The notes under the pieces: model-generated
Database searches by the model: none
The model's input: only the letters and a program-made list of their open reading frames with translations
Told to the model about the DNA's origin: nothing
Translations under genes and position numbers: made by a program
In this document: one piece after another, positions 54,128 to 64,000 of the stretch
Numbering within the stretch: the first letter of the stretch is position 1
Layout of the letters: each line of letters starts with the position of its first letter
Assembly (NCBI GenBank): GCA_963729605.1
Contig: CAVSNY010000006.1
Span: forward strand, 192,001-256,000
Length of the DNA stretch: 64,000 nt
Origin: an uncultured Gammaproteobacteria bacterium
GTDB taxonomy: Bacteria > Pseudomonadota > Gammaproteobacteria > DRLM01
Direction: 5' to 3'

Positions 54128-56752
54128 TTGCATGCCGTTACGGACCATCAAGCATCGACCGCCCCGCCGGGTTCCACACCGCGCGGCGGCCCGGACCCCA
54201 GCCCCACGCCGGCGCCCATCGCCGCGGAAATGATGATGGCAGCGGCCCTCGATTTACCCGTCCCGCCCCTTTGCGCGCTCAGCGCGGAAACCGCCATCCA
54301 TCAAGGCGAACGCACCGTGGTGGAATTGATCGACGGCCGCAAACTCATCGGCAAACTCGACAGCTTCGATTCGGACAAAGGTAAGATCGGCATCCTCATC
54401 GAGGGCCAGGAAAAAACCAAGAAACTGGGCATGCATGAAATCCGGCTCATGCGGATACCGCACCCGCGCCGCTGGCAACGCGACGACGATTCCATCCTCT
54501 CCACCGCCAAAGGGGTGCGCGTCTCCACCGAGCCGCTGGAATTTGAAATCGAATTCACCGATCACAGCACCATCGACGGCACCAGCTTCGGTTTTCGCAA
54601 CGGCCGGCACGGCATTCATCTCTTTCCGGTGCAGGACGGCGATCAATATACCCACCTCTTCGTGCCCAACAACGCCATCGCCAAACACCGCATCGGCAAG
54701 CACCTGGGCCAGCAACTCGTCAAAGACCGGGTGGTCAGCGACCAAGACGTGGCCATCGTATTGCTCGAACAGCAGGAATACCGCTCCCGCTCATTGGGCG
54801 AACAACTCGTCCTCACCGCCATTGTCAGTACCGAACAACTGGAACGCGCGCTCAAACACCAGCAAACCATGCCGCATTTGCAACTCGGTGAAATCCTGGT
54901 GCAGGACCGGCTGATCAGCCAACAGCAGCTCGACGCGGCGCTCAGCCAGCAACAACGCCAACGCCACACGACCCTCGGCGAGCTCTTGACCGCGCGCGGG
55001 GTGATCAAACAAGAAGACATCCAAAAAAGTCTGGCCAACAAACTCGGCATCCCCTTCGTGGATCTCCGCCGATTCCCGCTCGACCCGGCGGTGCTCAAGC
55101 TGGTCGATGAAACCATCGCCATCCGCCATACCGTCATGCCGCTGCGGCGTTATCAAGGAAAGCTGGTGGTCGCCATGGAAGACCCCACCCACTGGGAAAC
55201 CATGGACACCCTGCACGCGATCACCGGCCACCCCATCGATCCGGTGATGGCCGTGCGCGCCGATTTGAGCTGGGCCATCGACTATTATTACCGCGACGGC
55301 CACACCAGCCCGCCGCCGGAGACGGCCGCCGCGCCGGCGCCCGCCGCCGACACGCCGCCGATCTCCAAACTTGATCCGGGCCCGCCGCCGGCCGCGGCGA
55401 CGCCGCGGCAGAAGCCCGCGGTAAGCGCCGCCGTATCCGCCAATGCGGCGGCGGATAAATTCGGCGCTGAAACCGCCGTGCCGCCCGAAGCGGCCAACCG
55501 CGACACGGCGGCCGCCGATTTTCTGCGCGAACTGATACTCGGCGCGGCCCGTGAGGAGAGCAACGCGATACACCTCGAATCGGTGCCGCAGCACGGCGCG
55601 CGGATCCGCCTGCGCCAAAACAGCGAACTCATCGAGCAGGGCGCCATCACCGCCGAATTATGGCCCAAGCTGCTGGGCGAGCTGCGCACGCTCGCCCACT
55701 TCGACGCCCGGCAAGACGACGGCGCGCACATCGGCCTCATCGAACGGTCTTTTTTATATCCCACCACCTTGGAAGTGCGCGTCTACTACATCCCCACCTT
55801 CGACGGCGAACACGACGTGGTGCTCAAAATCACCTCGCTGAGTCACCAGCGCGCCCTCACCGAACTGGGTTTCAGCGATGGCAATCTCAAGCGGATCGAC
55901 GAACTCACCCTGGACGGCCACGGCCTGTTCCTGGTCTGCGGCCCGACCGGCTCCGGCAAAACCACGCTGCTGCACGCCCTGTTGCTGCATCTCAACCACG
56001 GCGGCAAAAAAATCTGGATGCTCGACAATACCGAACGCAATATGCCGGCCAATATCCGCCATGTGCGGCTGGGCAACGGACTGGACGCGCCCCATGACGA
56101 CCCCATCGAGGCCCTGCTCGGCGCCGATCCCGACCTGGTGATGATCAATCCGCTGTCGCAGCCGCGGCTGGCCAAACAGGCGGTCAGCGGCGCGCTGGCC
56201 GGCCCGCAGATCCTGGCCGGTCTGCCGGCGCGCAGCTCCGGCGAAGCGGTGGAACGGCTCACCAACATGGGCGTGCCGCGTTACGAACTCGCCGACGCCC
56301 TCAGCGCCGTGCTGACCCAACGGCCGGTGAAAAGACTGTGCGAGCACTGTAAAAAATCCTACGTGCCGACCGCCGACGAATTGCGCGGCCTCGCCGCGGA
56401 ATATTTCGGCGACGCGCCGGACGAAGCGGCGCCGCGGACGGATACCTCGCGCGAAAAGATCCTGGAAAAGTGGCAGAAAACCTGGGGCGGCAATAAAGGG
56501 CAGCTCATGCTGCATCGGGCGGCGGGCTGTAAACACTGCCAAAAAACCGGTTACGCCGGGCAGTTGTCCCTCCATGAATTATTGGAAGTCAGCCCGCCGG
56601 TAAAACGGGCAATCGTCGACGGCGCCGGCGCCGCGGCCATCCTGCGCGCCGCCCTCGGCAGCGGTTTGAAAACCCTTAAACAAGACGGCATCGAAAAGGT
56701 GCTGCAAGGCCACACCGACCTCATTCAAGTGCGCGCCGCCTGCGCCCGTTAA
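54128..56752 (+). CDS. PilB/GspE/MshE-like protein with four MshEN-like repeats and a degenerate ATPase core (start uncertain, possibly ATG ~54230)
   Basis: LGxxL repeats, T2SSE_N-like domain, Walker A GPTGSGKTT, CEHC/CKHC, TLKQDGIEKVLQG. Confidence 0.85.
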   Translation: MHAVTDHQASTAPPGSTPRGGPDPSPTPAPIAAEMMMAAALDLPVPPLCALSAETAIHQGERTVVELIDGRKLIGKLDSFDSDKGKIGILIEGQEKTKKLGMHEIRLMRIPHPRRWQRDDDSILSTAKGVRVSTEPLEFEIEFTDHSTIDGTSFGFRNGRHGIHLFPVQDGDQYTHLFVPNNAIAKHRIGKHLGQQLVKDRVVSDQDVAIVLLEQQEYRSRSLGEQLVLTAIVSTEQLERALKHQQTMPHLQLGEILVQDRLISQQQLDAALSQQQRQRHTTLGELLTARGVIKQEDIQKSLANKLGIPFVDLRRFPLDPAVLKLVDETIAIRHTVMPLRRYQGKLVVAMEDPTHWETMDTLHAITGHPIDPVMAVRADLSWAIDYYYRDGHTSPPPETAAAPAPAADTPPISKLDPGPPPAAATPRQKPAVSAAVSANAAADKFGAETAVPPEAANRDTAAADFLRELILGAAREESNAIHLESVPQHGARIRLRQNSELIEQGAITAELWPKLLGELRTLAHFDARQDDGAHIGLIERSFLYPTTLEVRVYYIPTFDGEHDVVLKITSLSHQRALTELGFSDGNLKRIDELTLDGHGLFLVCGPTGSGKTTLLHALLLHLNHGGKKIWMLDNTERNMPANIRHVRLGNGLDAPHDDPIEALLGADPDLVMINPLSQPRLAKQAVSGALAGPQILAGLPARSSGEAVERLTNMGVPRYELADALSAVLTQRPVKRLCEHCKKSYVPTADELRGLAAEYFGDAPDEAAPRTDTSREKILEKWQKTWGGNKGQLMLHRAAGCKHCQKTGYAGQLSLHELLEVSPPVKRAIVDGAGAAAILRAALGSGLKTLKQDGIEKVLQGHTDLIQVRAACAR

Positions 56753-56768
56753 GGCGCGTTTTTCCCCT

Positions 56769-57392
56769 TCACGGTGGTAGGGTGCCGCGCGCCGGCGGAG
56801 CGGGCCGCCGCTGATGCCACACCCGCGCGAGCAATAGCGCGATTAAAATCATCCCGTACACCACCGGCTCCCGCACGTCGGCCTTCACCAACCAGAGGTA
56901 ATGCATCACACCGAGGGTGGCCGCCACGTAAACCAGCTGATGCAGCGTGGTCCACCGGCGGCCGAGACGGCGCATCATGGTGTTGGTCGAGGTGGCCGCC
57001 AAGGGTATCAACAACACAAACGCCGTAAACCCCACCGTGATATACGGCCGCTTGATGATGTCTTTGACGATGGCGTTGAGATCGAAGAAATGATCGAATA
57101 CCAGCCAGATCGCGAAATGCAGGACCGCGTAAAAAAACGTGTACAAGCCCAGCATCCGCCGCAGCCGCAGCACGCCGTGCCAGCCGGTCATCCGCCGCAG
57201 CGGCGCAACCGCCAGGGTGATCAGTAAAAACCGCAAGGCCCACTCACCGCTGCGGTGAGTGAGTTTCTCCACCGGATTGGCGCCGAGTTGATTATGGAAT
57301 AAATCCCACAGCAGCAGCGCGAACGGCAGCAGACACAACACGAATGCCGCGGGCTTGATCAGCCTATCCTTCCACGGCGTGACAGGCGTCAT
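56769..57392 (-). CDS. msrQ: Methionine sulfoxide reductase heme subunit
   Basis: LGANPVE, RRMLGLYTFFYAVLH, KRPYITVG, LHQLVY. Confidence 0.93.
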   Translation of the reverse strand: MTPVTPWKDRLIKPAAFVLCLLPFALLLWDLFHNQLGANPVEKLTHRSGEWALRFLLITLAVAPLRRMTGWHGVLRLRRMLGLYTFFYAVLHFAIWLVFDHFFDLNAIVKDIIKRPYITVGFTAFVLLIPLAATSTNTMMRRLGRRWTTLHQLVYVAATLGVMHYLWLVKADVREPVVYGMILIALLLARVWHQRRPAPPARGTLPP

Positions 57393-57398
57393 TAGGCC

Positions 57399-58352
<954 letters not shown>

Positions 58353-58627
58353 CACCCATCCTCCCGTCGCTCCAGGGCGGCAACCAGCATATCGACCGGG
58401 CGGCGCGACCCTGTCCGCCGCGCTCCAGCAAGGATATACCGCAATTCCACCAAGGTGTTTATACACAAACCCGCCTCGCAGCGGCAAGCGACCGGCACCG
58501 CGTCATTACAACCATAGACTAGCTCCAGGAAAAACGAACATAATTACCGGCGACCAGTGCGCCGCCCGGCGCGGCGCGACCCGAATTCCGGGCAATACGC
58601 CATCCATCAACTCGTAAGGAGAGCCTC

Positions 58628-59416
58628 ATGCGCACACTTTGGAACAGTGCACTACTATTCGCACTCAGCATCGCCTCAGCCCAGGCCGCCATCGTCGCTA
58701 AAGAATTGGATTACGTCGTTGACGGCGTCACCATGCAAGGCTATCTGGCCTACGATGACGCGATCGAAGGTCAGCGTCCCGGCGTGCTGGTGGTGCATGA
58801 ATGGTGGGGCCACGACGACTACGCCCGCAAACGGGCGCGCATGCTCGCCGAGCTGGGTTACACCGCCCTCGCCCTCGACATGTACGGCGAAGGCAAACAC
58901 GTCCACCACCCCAACGACGCCAACAAACTCTCCAGCGAACTCGCCGCCAACCAAGCCGTAGCCAAGGCGCGTTTTCAAGCGGCCTATGACGCATTGCAGA
59001 AACAACCCACCGTCGATCCGGAGCGGATCGCCGCCATCGGCTACTGCATGGGCGGCAGCGTGGTGCTGGAAATGGCGCGCAGCGGCATCCCGCTCGCCGG
59101 CGTGGTCAGCTTTCACGGCAACCTCGCCACGACCAACCCCGCCCAGGCCGGCGGCATCAAAGGCCAAGTCTTGGTGTTGACCGGCGCCGACGACCCCTTC
59201 GTCCCCGCCGAACAGGTGACGCAATTCAAGCAAGAAATGGACGCCGCCAAGGTCGATTATCAGCTCATCGCCTATCCCGGCGCTCAACACAGCTTCACCA
59301 ATCCCGAGGCCGATCAACGCGGCAAGGAATTCAACCTGCCGCTGGCCTACAACGCCGAGGCCGATCAAGCCTCCTGGCAGGAAATGCAGAATTTCTTCGG
59401 AAAAATATTCAAATAA
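58628..59416 (+). CDS. Dienelactone hydrolase-family protein with signal peptide
   Basis: VVHEWWG, IGYCMGG, HSFTNP; AGGAG RBS. Confidence 0.92.
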   Translation: MRTLWNSALLFALSIASAQAAIVAKELDYVVDGVTMQGYLAYDDAIEGQRPGVLVVHEWWGHDDYARKRARMLAELGYTALALDMYGEGKHVHHPNDANKLSSELAANQAVAKARFQAAYDALQKQPTVDPERIAAIGYCMGGSVVLEMARSGIPLAGVVSFHGNLATTNPAQAGGIKGQVLVLTGADDPFVPAEQVTQFKQEMDAAKVDYQLIAYPGAQHSFTNPEADQRGKEFNLPLAYNAEADQASWQEMQNFFGKIFK

Positions 59417-59549
59417 CGGGGAAAACCGGCTGAGCGCGGACGAAGCAGGTATCCCTGCTCAGCCGGTTAAACACTATTCCGGCCGCGTTCGGCGCATGAC
59501 GATTCATGTATAGCCGAACCCTATCCGCACCAAACCACGAGGGCATCCA

Positions 59550-59873
59550 ATGCGTGGAAAAATAACCGGCTTGGTTTTGCTCTGGCTGACGGCAGTCCCG
59601 GCGGGCCATGCGGGTTTCGCGGAGACCGGCATGGCCCGCGCCTGGTGCAAAGAAAAAACCCTGAATTATTTGGAAGGCCGCGGCTATACGCCTTACAACT
59701 GGACCGCGAGCACTTACCTCAAGGACAACAGCTACGTCACCGAAGGCGTATGGCGGCTCGATGTGGATGACGTCAAAGTAGAGTGCGTATCGAAAAAAGA
59801 CCACAAACGCGCATCGGGTAAATTCAAGATACTCAATAGCGAAATCATCGACGGCGACAACGCCTCGAAGTGA
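59550..59873 (+). CDS. Small secreted hypothetical protein
   Basis: GAGG RBS, signal peptide, two cysteines. Confidence 0.65.
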   Translation: MRGKITGLVLLWLTAVPAGHAGFAETGMARAWCKEKTLNYLEGRGYTPYNWTASTYLKDNSYVTEGVWRLDVDDVKVECVSKKDHKRASGKFKILNSEIIDGDNASK

Positions 59874-59993
59874 GCGGGCACCCTCGCGATGACCGCTGAC
59901 CGACGTTCACGCAACCTCTAATCCGATAAACCGCCCGCCTCAGGATCAGGCCGGTTGATCATCGGCAATTTCGCCCACACTCTTGGTCCGCGC

Positions 59994-60026
59994 AAAAAAC
60001 AAACCCCGCATCAGCGGGGTTTGTTT
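59994..60026. terminator. Bidirectional intrinsic terminator
   Basis: AAACAAACCCCGC-ATCA-GCGGGGTTTGTTT between convergent genes. Confidence 0.85.
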
Positions 60027-60056
60027 ACGCGATCATCCGCGGCGGCAACTCAGCAA

Positions 60057-61742
60057 TCAACCGGCCTTATCGTCGCTCTCCGCGTTGCGGCGGCCGAACA
60101 GCGCGGGCACTTCGCGTTGCGCGGGGCGCCGTTGCGGATGGGCGGGCACGGCGCGGTTGCCGGACGGCCCGTCATGACGTTGCGGCGAGACATAATTGCC
60201 GTTCGAATTGCCCTCGCGGCGCTGGCCCTGCTCCGCCCGCGGACGCGGCGGGACGGCGTTACGCACCGCCTGTTCGCGGCGCGGCGCCGGGTGTTGCACA
60301 TTGCCATTCACCTCGCCGCGCGGGGACTCGTGCCGTGCGGAATGTTGACCATGACGCTCCTGGCCCGAACGTCCCGCGGGTCGGCCATCGGCCCGCGGCG
60401 GACGCGCGGTCTGCTCGCGGCGCGGCTGATCGCGAGGCGTGCGCTCACGTGGCGATTGATTGCTCCGTGCGGCATCGCGGCGCGGTTGCTCACCGGGGGC
60501 CCGCTCGCGACGCGGCGCGTGATCGCCGCGCGGCGCGCGGGGCGCACCCCGTCCGGCGCGGGCGCCGTTGCGGCCGTTGGGGATGGGTTCGGCGCGGATG
60601 CTGGGGTCGTGTTCGAAACCGGGCACGTTCACCACCGGCAATTCGCGCTTGATGAGGCGCTGGATGCCGGACAGCAATTCCAATTCATCGACACACACCA
60701 GCGACACCGCTTCGCCGCTGGCGCCGGCGCGGCCGGTGCGGCCGATGCGGTGCACGTAGTCTTCCGCGACATTGGGCAATTCGAAATTCACCACATGCGG
60801 CAATTGATCGATGTCGAGACCGCGCGCGGCGATGTCGGTGGCCACCAGCACGCGCACCTTGCCGGCCTTGAAATCCGCCAGCGCGCGGGTGCGCGCGCCC
60901 TGGCTCTTGTTGCCGTGAATCGCGGCGGCGGTGATGCCGTCTTTCTCCAATTGCTCGGCCAGGCGGTTGGCGCCGTGTTTGGTGCGGGTGAATACCAGTA
61001 TCTGGCGCCAGTCGTTCGTCGAAATCAAATGCGACAACAACTCGCGCTTGCGCTCGCGGTCGACGCGGTGCACCACCTGGGTCACGCCTTCGGCATCGAT
61101 GTTGCGGCGCGCCACTTCCACCAGCGCGGGATTGTTGAGCAGCTTGTCGGCCAGCTGTTTGATCTCGTCGGAATAGGTGGCGGAGAACAGCAGGTTCTGC
61201 CGGCCCTGCGGCAACAGCGCGAGGATTTTACGGATGTCGTGGATGAAGCCCATGTCGAGCATGCGGTCGGCTTCGTCCAACACCAGTATCTCGATCTTGC
61301 TGAGATCGACCGTCTTCTGGCCGACGTGGTCGAGCAGCCGGCCCGGCGTCGCCACCACGATGTCCACGCCGCGGCGCAGGGCGTCGATCTGGGGATGGAT
61401 GCCCACGCCGCCGAAGACCACCGCCGATTTGAGCGCCAGGTATTTACCGTAGGTCGCCACGCTCTCGGCCACTTGCGCCGCCAGCTCGCGGGTGGGCGTG
61501 AGGATCAAGGCGCGCGGCACCCGTTTGGTTTGGCCCTGCGGCGTCGAGGCGGTGAGGCGTTGCAGCAAAGGCAAGGTGAATCCCGCGGTCTTGCCGGTGC
61601 CGGTCTGGGCGCCGGCGAGGATGTCGCGGCCCGCCATGATCACCGGAATCGCTTGGGTCTGCACGGGGGTGGGTTGGGTATAGCCCTGCTCGTCGATCGC
61701 GCGCAGGAGTTCGGCACTCAGGCCGAGTTCGGAAAATGACAT
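60057..61742 (-). CDS. rhlE: DEAD-box RNA helicase RhlE
   Basis: Q motif, [35 protein letters not shown]; long Arg-rich tail. Confidence 0.92.
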   Translation of the reverse strand: MSFSELGLSAELLRAIDEQGYTQPTPVQTQAIPVIMAGRDILAGAQTGTGKTAGFTLPLLQRLTASTPQGQTKRVPRALILTPTRELAAQVAESVATYGKYLALKSAVVFGGVGIHPQIDALRRGVDIVVATPGRLLDHVGQKTVDLSKIEILVLDEADRMLDMGFIHDIRKILALLPQGRQNLLFSATYSDEIKQLADKLLNNPALVEVARRNIDAEGVTQVVHRVDRERKRELLSHLISTNDWRQILVFTRTKHGANRLAEQLEKDGITAAAIHGNKSQGARTRALADFKAGKVRVLVATDIAARGLDIDQLPHVVNFELPNVAEDYVHRIGRTGRAGASGEAVSLVCVDELELLSGIQRLIKRELPVVNVPGFEHDPSIRAEPIPNGRNGARAGRGAPRAPRGDHAPRRERAPGEQPRRDAARSNQSPRERTPRDQPRREQTARPPRADGRPAGRSGQERHGQHSARHESPRGEVNGNVQHPAPRREQAVRNAVPPRPRAEQGQRREGNSNGNYVSPQRHDGPSGNRAVPAHPQRRPAQREVPALFGRRNAESDDKAG

Positions 61743-61931
61743 TGTTTTGAATACTCCAAGAACCGTCTGCCCGGAGCAAAGCTCAGGAAGGTCCAGGCGG
61801 TGATTTTTATGTTAAAGGCGGGGGGTAAAACCAGGAGGGATACACCACGCGGGGGGACGCGACCTTATGCGTCCTCTAATCGTCAGGCCCGCATGGTAGC
61901 ACACCCCGGGGGGCTGATACACTGCGCGACC

Positions 61932-63833
61932 ATGTTAATCCTCGACGACCTCACTCTATATCGGAGCGCCCGGCTATTGTTCAAGGGGGCGAGCCTCACC
62001 ATTTTTCCCGGGCACAAGGTCGGACTCACCGGCGCCAACGGCACGGGCAAGTCCAGCCTGTTCGCGTTGATCCGCGGCGAACTCAAACAGGACCACGGCG
62101 ATTTCAGTCTGCCGCCCGGCTGGGTAATCGCCCACGTGGCGCAGGAAATGCCGGCGGTGGACACCGCCGCCGTCGATTACGTGATGGCGGGCGACGAGGA
62201 ACTGGCGCGGCTGCACCTCGAATTGCAACAGGCCGAGGCCGCCGACGACGGCGCGCGTATCGCCGCACTGCACGCGCGGCTCGACGCCATCGGTGGCTAC
62301 ACCGCCCGCAACCGCGCCGCGCAACTCATCCACGGCCTGGGCTTCACCGCCGCGCAGGAAACGGCGCCGGTGCGCAGCTTCTCAGGCGGCTGGCGCATGC
62401 GGCTCAATCTCGCCCGCGCCCTGATGTGCCGTTCCGATCTGCTGCTGCTGGACGAACCCACCAACCATCTCGACCTCGACGCGGTGTTGTGGCTGGAAGA
62501 CTGGCTGCGCGCCTATCCCGGCACCTTGCTGCTGATTTCGCACGACCGCGATTTTCTCGACACCGTGACCGGCCACATCCTGCACATCGCCAATCAGGAA
62601 TTGAAACTCTACAGCGGCAACTACTCCACCTTCGAGCGCCGCCGCGCCGAACAACTGGCCGGCCAACAGGCGATCTATGAAAAACAGCAGCGGGAAGTGG
62701 CGCACATGCGCAGCTACATCGATCGCTTTCGCGCCCAGGCCACCAAGGCGCGCCAGGCGCAGAGCCGCTTGAAAGCGCTGGAGCGTATGACGCTGATCGC
62801 GCCGGCTCATGTCGATTCGCCGTTCACTTTCCGTTTCCGCGCGCCGGCACAATTACCGCATCCCTTGCTGCAACTCAACCGCCTCGCCGCCGGTTACGGC
62901 GGACGCGCGATCGTCAGCGGCGTCAAGCTCGGTCTCGCCCCCGGCGACCGGCTCGGTCTGCTCGGCCCCAACGGCGCGGGCAAATCCACCCTCATCAAAG
63001 TGCTGGCCGGCGAACTCGCGCCGCTGGCGGGCGACCGCGAAGAAAACACCGGCCTGCGCATCGGCTACTTCGCGCAGCATCAATTGGAACAACTTAAGCT
63101 GGATGAAAGTCCGCTGCAACATTTGCTGCGCCTCGACCCCGCCGCATCGGAACAATCATTACGCGATTTCCTCGGCGGCTTCGGCTTCATGGGCGACGAT
63201 GCGCTGGCCCCGGTCGCGCCCTTTTCCGGCGGCGAAAAGGCCCGGCTGGTGCTGGCGCTGCTGGTGTATCAACGCCCCAATCTCCTATTGCTCGACGAAC
63301 CCACCAATCACCTCGATCTGGAAATGCGCCACGCACTGGACGTGGCGCTGCAAGATTTTCCGGGCGCGCTGGTGCTGGTGTCCCACGATCGCCACCTGCT
63401 GCGCACCGTCTGCGATGCCTTCGTGTTGGTGGCCGACGGCCAAGCCGTCGCCTACGACGGCGACCTCGACGACTACCGGCGCTGGATATTGCAACGCGAC
63501 AACGGCGCGAAAACCGAAGACAACCGCGTATCCGGCGAACACAGCGCCGAGGCGCGCAAGGCCAAACGCCGCGACGACGCCGAGCGCCGCAAACAGTTAC
63601 GACCGCTCAGGGCCGAGGTGGAACGCTGGGAGGCCGCGATGACGAAACTCGAGTCGCAAAAAAAAGGGGTGGAACAGCAACTCGCCGATCCGCTGCTTTA
63701 CGAGGCGCGCAACAAAGATTCACTGCGCGAAGCCTTGAACACTCAGACCCAGGTGATTCAAGCCCTGGCCGCCGCGGAAGAACAATGGCTGCACGCCAGC
63801 GAGGCGCTGGAACAAGCCGAGCGCGAAACATGA
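61932..63833 (+). CDS. ABC-F family ATPase (YheS-like)
   Basis: Two ABC domains (GANGTGKS/FSGGWRMR, GPNGAGKS/FSGGEKAR), no TM segments, C-terminal coiled coil. Confidence 0.92.
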   Translation: MLILDDLTLYRSARLLFKGASLTIFPGHKVGLTGANGTGKSSLFALIRGELKQDHGDFSLPPGWVIAHVAQEMPAVDTAAVDYVMAGDEELARLHLELQQAEAADDGARIAALHARLDAIGGYTARNRAAQLIHGLGFTAAQETAPVRSFSGGWRMRLNLARALMCRSDLLLLDEPTNHLDLDAVLWLEDWLRAYPGTLLLISHDRDFLDTVTGHILHIANQELKLYSGNYSTFERRRAEQLAGQQAIYEKQQREVAHMRSYIDRFRAQATKARQAQSRLKALERMTLIAPAHVDSPFTFRFRAPAQLPHPLLQLNRLAAGYGGRAIVSGVKLGLAPGDRLGLLGPNGAGKSTLIKVLAGELAPLAGDREENTGLRIGYFAQHQLEQLKLDESPLQHLLRLDPAASEQSLRDFLGGFGFMGDDALAPVAPFSGGEKARLVLALLVYQRPNLLLLDEPTNHLDLEMRHALDVALQDFPGALVLVSHDRHLLRTVCDAFVLVADGQAVAYDGDLDDYRRWILQRDNGAKTEDNRVSGEHSAEARKAKRRDDAERRKQLRPLRAEVERWEAAMTKLESQKKGVEQQLADPLLYEARNKDSLREALNTQTQVIQALAAAEEQWLHASEALEQAERET

Positions 63834-63861
63834 TCACCGGCCACCCATCCGACACCATGAC

Positions 63862-64000
63862 ATGGACGATTTAATCACCCTGATCGTCCTCGCCGCCCTC
63901 GGTCTGCTGGCCTGGTTCTGGGCCGACAGCCTGCGGGCCCGCGAACTGGCGTTACGCATCTGCGCCCAGGCCTGCGCCAAAATAAACGCCCAACTCCTCG
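63862..64000 (+). CDS. DUF3301-like membrane protein, runs off the window
   Basis: MDDLITLIVLAALGLLAWFWADSLRARELALRICAQAC...QLL. Confidence 0.65.
   Translation, partial: MDDLITLIVLAALGLLAWFWADSLRARELALRICAQACAKINAQLL

Noticed and set aside
59955-61739. 594-aa plus-strand ORF, and similar long antisense ORFs over pepA, valS and the WYL gene
   Set aside because: High-GC antisense shadows of well-supported genes

Overview
High-GC gammaproteobacterial chromosome segment. The left end carries housekeeping genes (deoxynucleoside kinase, folK, pcnB, tRNA-Glu, an MFS transporter, an amidohydrolase). Next is a ~25 kb type I-C CRISPR-Cas locus on the minus strand: HTH-WYL regulator, cas3, cas5c, cas8c (with an in-frame internal cas11 start), cas7, an embedded hicB-hicA toxin-antitoxin pair, cas4, cas1, cas2, leader, and a very long array. 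The array has roughly 185-190 copies (estimated from length) of a 37-bp repeat and is split by an IS3/IS911-like element inserted inside one spacer. The rest of the window holds an RCC1-repeat lipoprotein, lptG-lptF/pepA-holC-valS, a response regulator, an acyltransferase, glrK-qseG-glrR, prfC, sigma54-driven prkA-yeaH-spoVR, an orphan degenerate PilB/GspE-like ATPase, msrPQ, a dienelactone hydrolase, rhlE and an ABC-F gene. Highlights: the TA pair translationally wired into the cas operon, repeated acquisition of variant spacers from the same targets, a palindromic repeat inserted in frame in valS, a probable AUU start for pcnB, and the probable pseudo-ATPase. Three single-base indels (IS, hicA, pepA) may be sequencing errors. 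All calls come from reading the sequence; no searches were run.
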